A program made the translations under genes and the position numbers. From positions 8,138 through 36,442 of the forward strand of contig CAYYFU010000001.1 of the NCBI GenBank assembly GCA_964471095.1: a stretch of 28,305 bases of DNA. Reading direction: 5' to 3'. Numbering within the stretch: position 1 is the first letter of the stretch; the number at the start of each line of letters is the position of its first letter. Below the pieces are notes generated by a model, which was given only the letters and a program-made list of their open reading frames with translations, had not been told where the DNA came from and searched no databases. Source of the DNA: an uncultured Pseudomonadota bacterium. Lineage in GTDB: Bacteria; UBA10199; JACPAL01. This document shows, one piece after another, positions 15,934 to 25,352 of this stretch.

Positions 15934-16640
15934 GGCAACTCGCGACGATCCTTGTCATCCTCCTGCTCCCTGCCACCTCCTGGGGGTGGCGGGAACTCCC
16001 GGCCCACCTCTGGGGTGACGTCAAGACAACCTTTTGGAACCCCTGGCATGCGGTCGGCCTCGCCGCGGGGACCGGGGCGACTCTTGGGCTCCATGAATTC
16101 GACCGTGAGATCCAAGACGAATTTCATCCGTCGGATCCGCTGGGGGATTCCCGTCACGTCTTTAATATCATGGGAGACAGTCTCGTGCTGGGTGGCGCCA
16201 CGGTTGCCGCCGCTGTCATCACGAAACTTGTCGATTCCCCCCAGGGGATGCTCACGACCGAGGCGATGCTCGAGGCGCTGGCGATCAACTACGCCCTCAC
16301 CTTTCCCCTGAAATTTGCGACGCAACGGACGCGACCGGACGGCTCGAACGACCATTCGTTTCCCTCCGCCCATGCCTCCGGCGCCTTTACCCTGGCGACC
16401 GTCACCGAGGTCCTCTACGGCCCGCTTTACGGGATCCCCAGTTACGCCCTGGCCGGCATGATCGCCCTCTCCCGGATCGATGCCAACAAGCACTTTGCCT
16501 CGGATACCGCAGCCGGCGCTCTGTTGGGGACCCTGGTGGGACTCGGGACGGCAAAGTTTCACCAAAAGGAAAAACCGGGGATTTTCGTCCTCCCTATGGT
16601 AGAATCGGGAATAGGACTCAGGTTGGTCGGCGAACTTTAA
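15930..16640 (+). CDS. PAP2-superfamily phosphatase
   Basis: K-x6-RP (KFATQRTRP), PSAH, SR-x5-H-x3-D (SRIDANKHFASD); N-terminal hydrophobic signal; ATGA overlap with gltX. Confidence 0.88.
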   Translation: MRQLATILVILLLPATSWGWRELPAHLWGDVKTTFWNPWHAVGLAAGTGATLGLHEFDREIQDEFHPSDPLGDSRHVFNIMGDSLVLGGATVAAAVITKLVDSPQGMLTTEAMLEALAINYALTFPLKFATQRTRPDGSNDHSFPSAHASGAFTLATVTEVLYGPLYGIPSYALAGMIALSRIDANKHFASDTAAGALLGTLVGLGTAKFHQKEKPGIFVLPMVESGIGLRLVGEL

Positions 16641-16649
16641 AGAGGGGTT

Positions 16650-17222
16650 ATGGAGTTAAACGAGGATTTGAAAAAAGAGCTCTGGCGAAAGACCCTGCAT
16701 ATGGGGGTGATCGTTTTTTTGCCGATCGCCTCCCTCTCCAAGGGGATCCTCGTGCTGATCATCTTTATCCTCGCCATTCTTTACCTCGCCCATGAATCGT
16801 ACGCGGGGGAGGGGCATGTCGTCCCCTGGATTACCCCGGCGCTTCAACGGGCCAAGCGTCTGGGGGAACACAAGATCGCCCGCGCCCCCTTTCTGATGGG
16901 GGCCGGGGTGCTCGTCACCGTCCTGATTTTTCCGTTGAAACCGGCAGCGGCGGGGCTGATGCAACTCGCGTTTGCCGACATGGCCGCCTCCATCGTCGGG
17001 ATGATCTGGGGGAAACGGCCGCTCCCTCACTCCCCGAAGAAAACCGTGGAGGGGGCGACCGCCTTTTTCTGCATGTCGTTTGCGCTGATGCTGGTGGTCT
17101 ATCCCTTCTGGACAAGCCTCCTGCTGGCCCTTGCCGGCGCGTTCATTGAGTCGCTTCCTTATAAGGATTGGGACAACTTCCTGATCCCAACCGGCGTCGC
17201 CGCGATCGCTTCGTTCTTCTAG
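16650..17222 (+). CDS. Phytol/dolichol kinase-like CTP-dependent membrane kinase (CTP_transf_1/Sec59-like)
   Basis: RKTLH, ADMAASIVG..WG, PKKTVEG, AFIESLP..DNFLIP; polytopic membrane protein. Confidence 0.82.
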   Translation: MELNEDLKKELWRKTLHMGVIVFLPIASLSKGILVLIIFILAILYLAHESYAGEGHVVPWITPALQRAKRLGEHKIARAPFLMGAGVLVTVLIFPLKPAAAGLMQLAFADMAASIVGMIWGKRPLPHSPKKTVEGATAFFCMSFALMLVVYPFWTSLLLALAGAFIESLPYKDWDNFLIPTGVAAIASFF

Positions 17223-18997
17223 GGGCTCGCGGCTGGTTTTGTCCGAGCCAACTCCTGCTCCACAGACCTGATCAGAGAAAGCTGCCAGGCAAGGAGGCCG
17301 CCAGAGGCCACAAGACCGAACAGTCCTCCGGCGACGAAAATATTACAGGCCAAGGGAGAGAGCAGCGACCTCCATTTCGCCAGAAACCCGACGGCAAGGA
17401 GTGCCACGGAGACCAAGGGGATCCCAAAGTCATCGGGGAAGTCGAGCGAGAGGGTCGCTTCACCACCGACCGGCGGCGGTCCCCATGACTCTTGTTCCAG
17501 GTTGGGGTACTGGACCTCGAGCTCGGCGTTGAAGGCGGCAGTCCCCCCCTGTCGCAGGGCATCGACCGCGGCAAACAGCCCGTGAATCGGGAGGCGGTCC
17601 GCCTCGTACGGATGCCAGGGGTGCCAGTTGAAAAAGAGGTCGGCGAAGAACTCCCCCTGGTCGGAGAGACTGTAGCGTGAGGGGAAGAACCTCCCCAGTT
17701 GGTACTTTTTCCACAACGCATCCAACCGTTTCTTGTCCGCCTCCGGGAGAGCAGCGATGTCCGGGGAATCAAGGACGACCCTCATCAAAAAAACGAAATC
17801 ACCCCCGCGGGGGACCCCCGCCTGCGACAGTCCCCGAATGACGAGGCCGCGAAAATCTGCATTCGTCAGGGGATCTCCCACGGATCCCCGCAAGGCATGT
17901 CCGAATTCGTGGCGTAAATCCGGGCCGTGACACCAGAGGGCCTCCTGCGCATAGCGCGCCGGATCCGCCTTCAGGAAAATGGTCCGGCTCTCGTGACAGT
18001 ATTCCCCATCCCGATCCTCGGCCGGAAGGCAGAGGGAAATGCCCGCCTGCCGGGCCATCTCCGTCATCTCTGGCCAGGAACCCCAAAAGATCGTCAGCGA
18101 CTCAACCGAAAACAGGTCAAGGAAGGGGGCCAGATAGACGGCGCCGAACAGGTTGTCCCAGAGCTCCGCATGGCCCACCGCCGGCGAATCGGGGGGGGCC
18201 TCGAAGTGGATCGCCGTCCCGTCAATCACCGCCGTCTTTTCCCGGGGATAAAAGGAGACCTCGTGATCGGCAACAAGGCGGTCGAGCGAACGATAGAATC
18301 CATCCCTCTGCCACGGCTCGTCAAAGGTGAATGAATCGATCGTAAAGGAACGGGTCGTCTTGTCCGTAAAGATCGGGGAGCGGCGATAGGGGTTGAGATA
18401 CCGGATGTTGATATGCCGCGCCTTGCGGGGGGTCCATGGGTCGGGGCTCTCGACAAACCGGTGGAGCCAACCGTCGGCCGCGGCAAGGAACGGCCTCCCC
18501 CCGACATGCCAGGTGGTCTGCGTGGTGAGCTCGGCATCGGTCACGCCGGCCTCCGAGAGGATCTGCTGCCGGTCGCGGATCAATCGGCCGTCCGGTTTTC
18601 TCACCTCCATCCGGTACCGCCAGCTGCCGAGCCCCTTCTCCTCCTCAAAGAGATGTCTCTCGGTCAACCCATCCTCACGCGGGCAGGTGAAATCAAGCGC
18701 ACCCTGCGGCTGACATCCCGGCGGAAACGAAAAGAGCTGGCCACGGCCAAAGGCGACAAGATGCTGGCCGTCCTCGGTCCGCATCCCGGAAGGGCGGGCG
18801 GGATTGGCGGAGGCCTTCCGAAGAAAGGTGTCAAGGAGGTCGGCGGTCATCTGGCGGGAGGCAAACGGGTCGTTGCCGTTCTGATCCACCAGATCACAGA
18901 CCTCGATACTCTCGGCCGGCATCGGGCCATTTCGGGGTTCCAGCCCCCGCTCGTAGAGCAGGGGGGAGGGAAGGCAATCGTGACGCACCGCGGTCAT
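17219..18997 (-). CDS. Zinc metallopeptidase-domain protein (HExxH, anthrax-lethal-factor/PPEP-like motif set) with two C-terminal TM segments
   Basis: LRHEFGHAL (HEFGH at 17897-17911), downstream RYSLSDQGEFFADLF (putative third ligand Glu at 17651-17653), C-terminal hydrophobic pair. Start at 18997 is supported by the promoter motif spacing. Confidence 0.75.
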   Translation of the reverse strand: MTAVRHDCLPSPLLYERGLEPRNGPMPAESIEVCDLVDQNGNDPFASRQMTADLLDTFLRKASANPARPSGMRTEDGQHLVAFGRGQLFSFPPGCQPQGALDFTCPREDGLTERHLFEEEKGLGSWRYRMEVRKPDGRLIRDRQQILSEAGVTDAELTTQTTWHVGGRPFLAAADGWLHRFVESPDPWTPRKARHINIRYLNPYRRSPIFTDKTTRSFTIDSFTFDEPWQRDGFYRSLDRLVADHEVSFYPREKTAVIDGTAIHFEAPPDSPAVGHAELWDNLFGAVYLAPFLDLFSVESLTIFWGSWPEMTEMARQAGISLCLPAEDRDGEYCHESRTIFLKADPARYAQEALWCHGPDLRHEFGHALRGSVGDPLTNADFRGLVIRGLSQAGVPRGGDFVFLMRVVLDSPDIAALPEADKKRLDALWKKYQLGRFFPSRYSLSDQGEFFADLFFNWHPWHPYEADRLPIHGLFAAVDALRQGGTAAFNAELEVQYPNLEQESWGPPPVGGEATLSLDFPDDFGIPLVSVALLAVGFLAKWRSLLSPLACNIFVAGGLFGLVASGGLLAWQLSLIRSVEQELARTKPAASP

Positions 18998-19007
18998 CTT
19001 GATTGGA

Positions 19008-19034
19008 TTATCGGCTCAATATCGAACCGGTTGC
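19008..19034 (-). promoter_or_regulatory. Sigma28-like promoter copy 3 (perfect GCCGATAA -10 element)
   Basis: Minus strand GCAACCGG-N11-GCCGATAA-N10-ATG(18997). Confidence 0.7.
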
Positions 19035-19038
19035 TAAG

Positions 19039-22000
19039 TTATTTGACCTGCACCGGTGAGTCGTGCTGGACAATCAATTCGATCGCCTGGGTCTTCTGGT
19101 TCCCGGTCGTATCGGCTACCGTGACGACGATCGTGTAGGTCCGGCCGGCCCCGGCCCCCTCACGCTCGGCCCGCAGGTTAAAGGTCGCGAGGTAGCTGCC
19201 ATCCCCCTCGGGATCGTAGAAGTCGATCACCACCGGCGTGTCGTACCCGTCCGCCCCGTTCACATCACCGGTCGTCCGACCGTCGCCCAGTCCCGCGGCG
19301 TCATCCGGCTCACTGCTGGTGGCATATGCCTCGAGGATCGCGATCTCGGTCGGGGCGGCGAGGTCGTCGGTGAGCGAGAGGTTCAACGTGATCGGGACCA
19401 TCTTGTGGTTCGGCGGCCAGAGGTATCCCATCGGCGACGTGGTCAGGAGGACGGTCGGCGGCGTGGTATCGACCACCGGCTCCGGATCCTCGCTATGGAT
19501 CGTCCCGACCGCCGAGACCTCGGCACGGTTGGCGTCACGGATCACCAGCGTCATCGTCTCATCCGCCTCAAAGAGGTCGTCGTTGATAATCTCGACCCAG
19601 ATCGGGACCTCCGTCTCCCCGGCCCCGATCGCCGCATCCTCCGAAATCCCGTAATAGTCCTCACCGGCAATCGCCGTCCCGTCAACCGTCTCAACATGGA
19701 TCGGGATATCGTGGCTGCTCGGGATCGAGAGGGTCGCCGTGAAGGCGAGGGTGGCGCCCGGTTCATCCCCCTCGACCGGCGCCAGGGTCAAGACCGACGT
19801 GTCGTTGTCGGTGATCGTCACGGTCGCCTCCGGCCATGCGAGGGTCATCCCTTGCGGATCGGTGAACGAGAGCATGAATGCCTCGTCATCCTCATCCAAC
19901 TGATCGTCGTTAATTGGGAGCTGGATCGTCCAGAGAACCTCGCCCGGCGGGATCACGATCAGCCCCCCCATCGGGGTGTAGTCGTCGAGGGCGGTCGCCG
20001 TTTCATCGAGCTTTGTGTAGGCAAAGGAGACCTCATGGCTCTGCGGGCCGGAAAGCCCTGCCCTGAAGAGGGCGAAACCTGAATCTTCCTCTACTTGAAT
20101 CGCCCGCTCAAAGCTTAAAGCGGGGGGATCGTTGTCAAGGATCAGGACGGTTGCCTCGGCATCCCCCAGGGTTGCGTTGGTCGGGTTGGAGAGATGGACC
20201 AGGAAGGTCTCGTCGAGCTCGGGGACAAGGTTATCCACGAGGACCACGGAAATCGTCTTGGAGACCTCGCCGGGGACAAAGCTAAGGGACCCACTGGTGT
20301 CGGTAGAGGCATAATCGTAACCTGCGGCGGCGGTCCCATCCACCATTGCGTAATCGACCGTGATCTGTTTGCCGCTCGGGCCGGAGAGATTGACCGCCAC
20401 GGTCGCCGACACGCCTCCTTCCAACACGGCTGAATCCAGAACGGAGACGGTCGGGGGATTGTCGTCATCGGTGATCGTCGCAGTAGCGGTCGCGTCCCCG
20501 AGCAGGGCGTTTTGCGGCGCCGAGAGCGTCACGCTGAAGGTCTCGTCGTCCTCGTCCAGCGAATCGAACAGGATCGGGATCGAAACCGTCGCACTCGTGG
20601 CGCCGGCCGGGATGATCACGAACCCGCTGCTCGCCGTGTAGTCGTTCCCCGCTGTCGCCGTTCCGTCGGCGGTCGCATAGCTGACCTGCACGTCAAGGCT
20701 CGTCGACTGCGACAGCGTGACCGTAAAGACCGCCGTGTCGTCACCGCGACCTTCAATGATCGTCAGGTCGCCGATTGAGATGGTCGGGAGGACGATCACC
20801 TGATCGTTGTCGATGATGCTCCCGATCCCTAGTGCATCGGCGATCGTCGCCATCTGTGGCCCGAGGAGTTTCAGGTAAAAGAGCTCGGTGTTTTCAATAA
20901 GGCTGTCATCAAGGATCGCTACACTGACCGTCTTGGAGGTCTCGCCCGGCGCGAAGGTCAAGGTCCCGCTCACCGCGGTGTAATCCGAGCCGGCGGCGGC
21001 CGAATAATTCACGGTGGTGTAATTCACCTTCACGATAAAGCTCGATCCCCGGGAGAGGGTGACCGGGAAGAGGGCCGGACCGGCCCCTTCGGTGATCGAG
21101 GTGTCTCCCACAGCGAGCGTCGGCGGGGCATCGTTGTCGTTGATCGTCCCGGCGCCGATCCCGTCGGCCACCGAGGGACTCCCGGAGACGTAGGTCAGTT
21201 TCATCTGGTAGGTCTCGCTCGGTTCATCGGTTAGGTCGTCAATGATCGGGACCGGGATCTGCTTGACCGTCTCGCCCGCCGCAAAGGTCAGTGTGCCGTT
21301 CGTGGTGGCAAAGTCGCTCCCCGCCAGCGCCGTTCCGTTGGCCGTTGCATAGTTCAGTACCGCGGTGTCGGAGGAGGCGAGGTCCATTGTTACGGTGAAA
21401 TTAGCGTTCCCGGCCGACTCGAGCACCGCGACATCGTTGATCGAGAAGGAGGCGAGCAGGAACCGGGCGATCACCGCATCGCTGTTTCCGCTCGTATTCG
21501 TGCCATAACCGGTTGTGATGAGACGATTGTCGGAGGTGACCGCCATGTCGTTCATCCTCGCATTGCTGACCGGCAACGCCCGAACCTGGGCCCCGAAGAT
21601 CGGATCGAGCGAGCCGTTGGAAAGGTACCGTGCCATGGCGAAAGCGTAGGTGTTGGTCTGGGGATTGAGAACGTATCCGCCCAGCAGGATCTTCCCGTCC
21701 GGCTGGAGATCAGCGGCCGTCATCTCTCCTCCCCCGTAGTTGGCAAAGGAGGTGGTCACCTTGCCGGCCGTCCCGAAACTCGAGTCGAGCGCCCCTGATG
21801 CGAGATATCGGGCAATGGCAAAACGATCCCCGTACAAGGTCGCGAAGGAATCGCCGGCCGCCACAATCTTCCCATCTGGCTGTTGAAAACAGGAGTTTGC
21901 CGAATCATTCCCATTGGTGAGCGACGTCACCACGATGCCGTCCGTGTCAAAGGTGGCGTCGAGTGTCCCGTCGGAAAGGAGGCGGGTCAGCGCAAAGACG

Positions 22001-22752
22001 CCGATCAAGTGGCCCGTTGCCGGGTTAAGCGCCGCCGCCGTTCCACAGGCGACGATCTTCCCGTCCGATTGGATGAAGATATCATTCAAAAATTCGTCAT
22101 GATCGATCGTCTGATATAGCGATGCGGCAGAAGAGACATTGACCAAGACAACCCCATCGGTCCCGAAGGTGGTGTCCGTCGTCCCGTCGGCATTGACACG
22201 GGCGATCCCGAAGCGGTTGTCGTTGTCGATCGTGTGGGTGCCGGCGAGGAGCATCCCTCCATCTGCCTGAAGGACAACCCGCCGCGGGCCGATCGTCTCC
22301 AGGATGACAAACCCGCCGGTGCCGAAATCCGGATCGAGGGTCCCGTCCGGGAGGAAGCGGGCCAGAAAGGCATCGTTCGTGCCGTTGGCGTAGCCGACCG
22401 CGACGATCTTGCCGTCCGGCAACAGGGCGATGTCGTTCACAAATTCATTCTGTTGCAGGAGATCGGTCACCGCGATCCCGCCGGTGCCGAAGTCCGGATC
22501 GAGGGCCCCGTCCGGCAGATAACGGAGCAACATAATGTCCGATGTGGCACCGCCGGTCTGGCCCCCGACGATAAACCTTCCGTCCGGCTGTTCGATGACC
22601 GCCTTCGCGGCGTCGATCTGACCGGAGATGTCTGTGATCGTCTTGCCGAGCGTCCCAAAGGAGGGGTCAAAACCGCTCGGGGCGGCCGCGACTGAAAGAG
22701 GGAAGAGGAGAACGAAAAAGAGGCCAAACCAGATTGTGGGCCTGTTCATCAT
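19039..22752 (-). CDS. Large secreted protein: 7 delta-60-type beta-propeller repeats, 6 Calx-beta repeats and a C-terminal WPPNHKM domain (adhesin-like)
   Basis: Signal peptide MMNRPTIWFGLFFVLLFPLSVAAA; seven QPDGKI-like/LDPxFGxGG repeats; six Calx-beta units (Y.T.DGTA.AG.DY....G.L.F..GET.K.I.V.I.DD...E..ETF); GYLWPPNHKMV...LRAEREGAGAGRTYTI. Start moved from TTG 22809 to ATG 22752. Confidence 0.9.
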   Translation of the reverse strand: MMNRPTIWFGLFFVLLFPLSVAAAPSGFDPSFGTLGKTITDISGQIDAAKAVIEQPDGRFIVGGQTGGATSDIMLLRYLPDGALDPDFGTGGIAVTDLLQQNEFVNDIALLPDGKIVAVGYANGTNDAFLARFLPDGTLDPDFGTGGFVILETIGPRRVVLQADGGMLLAGTHTIDNDNRFGIARVNADGTTDTTFGTDGVVLVNVSSAASLYQTIDHDEFLNDIFIQSDGKIVACGTAAALNPATGHLIGVFALTRLLSDGTLDATFDTDGIVVTSLTNGNDSANSCFQQPDGKIVAAGDSFATLYGDRFAIARYLASGALDSSFGTAGKVTTSFANYGGGEMTAADLQPDGKILLGGYVLNPQTNTYAFAMARYLSNGSLDPIFGAQVRALPVSNARMNDMAVTSDNRLITTGYGTNTSGNSDAVIARFLLASFSINDVAVLESAGNANFTVTMDLASSDTAVLNYATANGTALAGSDFATTNGTLTFAAGETVKQIPVPIIDDLTDEPSETYQMKLTYVSGSPSVADGIGAGTINDNDAPPTLAVGDTSITEGAGPALFPVTLSRGSSFIVKVNYTTVNYSAAAGSDYTAVSGTLTFAPGETSKTVSVAILDDSLIENTELFYLKLLGPQMATIADALGIGSIIDNDQVIVLPTISIGDLTIIEGRGDDTAVFTVTLSQSTSLDVQVSYATADGTATAGNDYTASSGFVIIPAGATSATVSIPILFDSLDEDDETFSVTLSAPQNALLGDATATATITDDDNPPTVSVLDSAVLEGGVSATVAVNLSGPSGKQITVDYAMVDGTAAAGYDYASTDTSGSLSFVPGEVSKTISVVLVDNLVPELDETFLVHLSNPTNATLGDAEATVLILDNDPPALSFERAIQVEEDSGFALFRAGLSGPQSHEVSFAYTKLDETATALDDYTPMGGLIVIPPGEVLWTIQLPINDDQLDEDDEAFMLSFTDPQGMTLAWPEATVTITDNDTSVLTLAPVEGDEPGATLAFTATLSIPSSHDIPIHVETVDGTAIAGEDYYGISEDAAIGAGETEVPIWVEIINDDLFEADETMTLVIRDANRAEVSAVGTIHSEDPEPVVDTTPPTVLLTTSPMGYLWPPNHKMVPITLNLSLTDDLAAPTEIAILEAYATSSEPDDAAGLGDGRTTGDVNGADGYDTPVVIDFYDPEGDGSYLATFNLRAEREGAGAGRTYTIVVTVADTTGNQKTQAIELIVQHDSPVQVK

Positions 22753-22805
22753 TTTGGTTGTAGCTATCAGGAAGCAATTATCCGACCAATCCACGGGATA
22801 TCTGA

Positions 22806-22839
22806 TCAAAATGATTTTGAAATAGCATTAACTAGTTAA
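22806..22839. promoter_or_regulatory. Two adjacent palindromes in the divergent AT-rich intergenic region
   Basis: TCAAAAT-G-ATTTTGA (22806-22820) and TTAACTAGTTAA (22828-22839). Confidence 0.3.
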
Positions 22840-22959
22840 AATTAAACAAATTCATATGGTAATAAAACTTAACTCAAGAGGCCATTTGGGGGTGGCTGTG
22901 GATAAAAAACAGGAAAAAATCAAGAAATAATTTTCCGAAACCGGAAAGTAACTTCAGAC

Positions 22960-22986
22960 GCAACTTTTTTATGAGTCGGCCGACGA
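22960..22986 (+). promoter_or_regulatory. Sigma28-like promoter copy 4
   Basis: GCAACTTT-N11-GCCGACGA-N10-ATG(22997). Confidence 0.6.
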
Positions 22987-22996
22987 GGGTAGCAAG

Positions 22997-24232
22997 ATGA
23001 TCCCAAAGGCTCGAGTGGTGGCCACCCTCGCGAGGGAGGTCATGGGGGTGGTTCGCCGCAGTCCATCGCTAGCCGAGAAATTGGACTCGTTTTGCCTGGT
23101 TGGCGGACCTAAGGCAGGCGGGCTAACTGACCCTCGATGTTTTATGGTTCGACTGGGGTGGACCGGCCTTCCAAAACCCCCTCACGTGGGAACGGTTCTC
23201 CGGGCAATCCGGGCGAGAAAGGGGCTGACACTCCTTCAAATCGAACAGATCAGCGGCATCTCGCAAACGGTCCTCTCGCGCATCGAAAAGGGGAAGGTCC
23301 GTCCAACAGAGGAATCGGTCCTAAAGATCACGCAGGCGCTTTTTAACGACGGTCAAATCGCCCCCGGGGATCTTAAGGCCGTTTACACCCATTTGAATCC
23401 GGAGGTCCGCTCCCTCCGCTATTTCACCGAGACCGGCACTGCCGGCACCTTTTGGATCGATCTTCCGCCCGGCATCACCCTCGACGACATCATCCACCTT
23501 CATGTCAGCCTGTTCATCGAGCGGGCGATCGTCCGCAGGGGGCTCAAACGCCGTGATGTGGCCCGCCAACTCGGAATGCGATCTGAAACCTTCGAATCGC
23601 TGTTGAAGAGAGATCTCGGTCCGGTCCCCCTGGAGACCATCCAAAAACTCGCGGCAATCACCAAATTGCCGGAGAGCTTCCTGTATTTCGGCTACCACCG
23701 CGAGATGCGGTTTTTTCTTGAGATCGCAATCCGGGGGGCACGCGGTGGGACTTTGAGTCATCCCACACCGGCCGCTTTTCAGACCAAAGAGGTCCTCCGC
23801 CGCTTTCGCTCCCATTGCCGAACGCAGGGGGAAAGTGACTATCTGGAGCTGATCGAATCGGCTTCCCCGAGCGAACGGGACGCCGCTTTTTATTACCTCG
23901 ATCGGGGACACAACACCAACCTAAACCGAGTCTTTTACACCCTGAAGGTGCCGGCCCCCTTCTCCAGCATCGAGGAGATCCGGGCGATCGATCTTCGAGC
24001 CCGCCTCATCGAACGAAAGGGTCGCGAAAGTATGGACGCCTTTATGAAAAGGCACGGATTGGGTCGAAAGGTCTTCGAATCTACCTTTCCGCTGGGGGCG
24101 GCCGAACATGTCCTGCCGCGGATCCCAAAATTAAAGAGTCTGGCAAGGGCGGCCGACCTGCCGGAACCGGTTGCACTTCTCTGGTTCTGGCCGCATCTGG
24201 CCAAGAAGGTTGAGGTCCTGTTCCGCTGCTAG
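22997..24232 (+). CDS. Multi-XRE-HTH domain protein (two clear and one degenerate HTH)
   Basis: VGTVLRAIRARKGLTLLQIEQISGISQTVLSRIEKG; RRGLKRRDVARQLGM; RESMDAFMKRHGLG...KLKSLARAADLP; linker GTFWIDLPPG shared with neighbours. Confidence 0.8.
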   Translation: MIPKARVVATLAREVMGVVRRSPSLAEKLDSFCLVGGPKAGGLTDPRCFMVRLGWTGLPKPPHVGTVLRAIRARKGLTLLQIEQISGISQTVLSRIEKGKVRPTEESVLKITQALFNDGQIAPGDLKAVYTHLNPEVRSLRYFTETGTAGTFWIDLPPGITLDDIIHLHVSLFIERAIVRRGLKRRDVARQLGMRSETFESLLKRDLGPVPLETIQKLAAITKLPESFLYFGYHREMRFFLEIAIRGARGGTLSHPTPAAFQTKEVLRRFRSHCRTQGESDYLELIESASPSERDAAFYYLDRGHNTNLNRVFYTLKVPAPFSSIEEIRAIDLRARLIERKGRESMDAFMKRHGLGRKVFESTFPLGAAEHVLPRIPKLKSLARAADLPEPVALLWFWPHLAKKVEVLFRC

Positions 24233-24246
24233 GCCAAACTTTTCCC

Positions 24247-24273
24247 GCAACCTTGTCGGACAACTCACGATAA
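24247..24273 (+). promoter_or_regulatory. Sigma28-like promoter copy 5
   Basis: GCAACCTT-N11-CACGATAA-N10-ATG(24284); lies within AAACTTTTCCCGCAACCTT (24236-24254), identical to 25342-25360. Confidence 0.65.
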
Positions 24274-24283
24274 CCGGCTTGTC

Positions 24284-25339
24284 ATGGTCCTTGGCCCGCC
24301 CATTTCGTCCCGGCCGATCACTTGGGAATCCTCTCCATCAGCCGACCAGCCGCCCGATTCTCCCGCCTCGCGCCTCTTCAAGACGACCTTCAGCATTGCC
24401 GGGCTCACTCTAGCTGTCGTTCTGGCGGGGAAGGGGGCGGGCGGATCAACGCTGGCACAATTCGAGAAGCTCCTTCCGAAACTGATTAACGGCATCGTCG
24501 CGGGAGGCAAAGCGGTCAAAATTCAGATCGGATTGCTTCTGTTTTACGTCCGAAAGGACCCGGCGTTTCAGGACCATGCGCGTGAGGTTGTCTTTGGGCG
24601 ATGGAGAGGGGCTCCCGCCAATAGCGAGCTGCGGGTGGTGTTGGACGACCTCCTGAAATTGGTCAAAAATCCCCCTCCGGAGAAGAGGCTTAGGGTGGTT
24701 AAGAAGGCCGTTGTCCGGCAACGACACAGGCCGATCGATGGACCGCTCGCAGAGGTTGCCCGGTTGCTGATCGCCAAGCGGGAATCACTCAGGTTGTCCC
24801 AACGAGTCGTCGCCACAGGGGCCGGTGTCGACCGTTCCTATTACTGTCGATTGGAGGGGGGGAAGGCATGTCTGCCCCACTCTCTGCTGAGGGTATTGCG
24901 CTTTTTCAACGAGCGCGCCCCCTACACCGACGCTGAACTGATCGCGATCTACCGGGCCTGGCGGCCAACGGAGATCAAGACCGAATGGTTCGATCTGGAG
25001 CGGGGAATCTTTTGGGTCAAACTTCCGCCCGGAATGACCCTCGAGCAGGCGATCGCCCTCTCCTTAAGTCAGTTCGCGCAACAACTTCTGCGCGACAAGG
25101 GGCTCTTGCAGGCAGCGATCGCCGAGGCGATCGGGCGCACCAGCGGCTCGTCGACCGACCTCTTCTCCGGACTCACCCATCACCTCAAGTTAGAACAATT
25201 GGAGGCCTTGGCGCGACTCGGCCGGGTTGACGGCTCCCTCGCGTACCTCGCCGGCCGCCCCTATCTCGCTGATTTTTGGACGATCGGCATCCGGAGGACC
25301 AACCGGAGTTTCCGCCGACCGGTCGCCGCCCGGTTCTGA
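24284..25339 (+). CDS. Double XRE-HTH protein, paralog of the upstream gene, with Ser/Pro-rich N-terminus and a hydrophobic segment
   Basis: LIAKRESLRLSQRVVATGAGVDRSYYCRLEGG; GIFWVKLPPGMTL; DKGLLQAAIAEAIG...LEQLEALARL. Confidence 0.78.
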   Translation: MVLGPPISSRPITWESSPSADQPPDSPASRLFKTTFSIAGLTLAVVLAGKGAGGSTLAQFEKLLPKLINGIVAGGKAVKIQIGLLLFYVRKDPAFQDHAREVVFGRWRGAPANSELRVVLDDLLKLVKNPPPEKRLRVVKKAVVRQRHRPIDGPLAEVARLLIAKRESLRLSQRVVATGAGVDRSYYCRLEGGKACLPHSLLRVLRFFNERAPYTDAELIAIYRAWRPTEIKTEWFDLERGIFWVKLPPGMTLEQAIALSLSQFAQQLLRDKGLLQAAIAEAIGRTSGSSTDLFSGLTHHLKLEQLEALARLGRVDGSLAYLAGRPYLADFWTIGIRRTNRSFRRPVAARF

Positions 25340-25352
25340 CAAAACTTTTCCC

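Noticed and set aside
22753-22809. TTG start extension of the adhesin
   Set aside because: It would bury the signal peptide; ATG 22752 gives a normal one.
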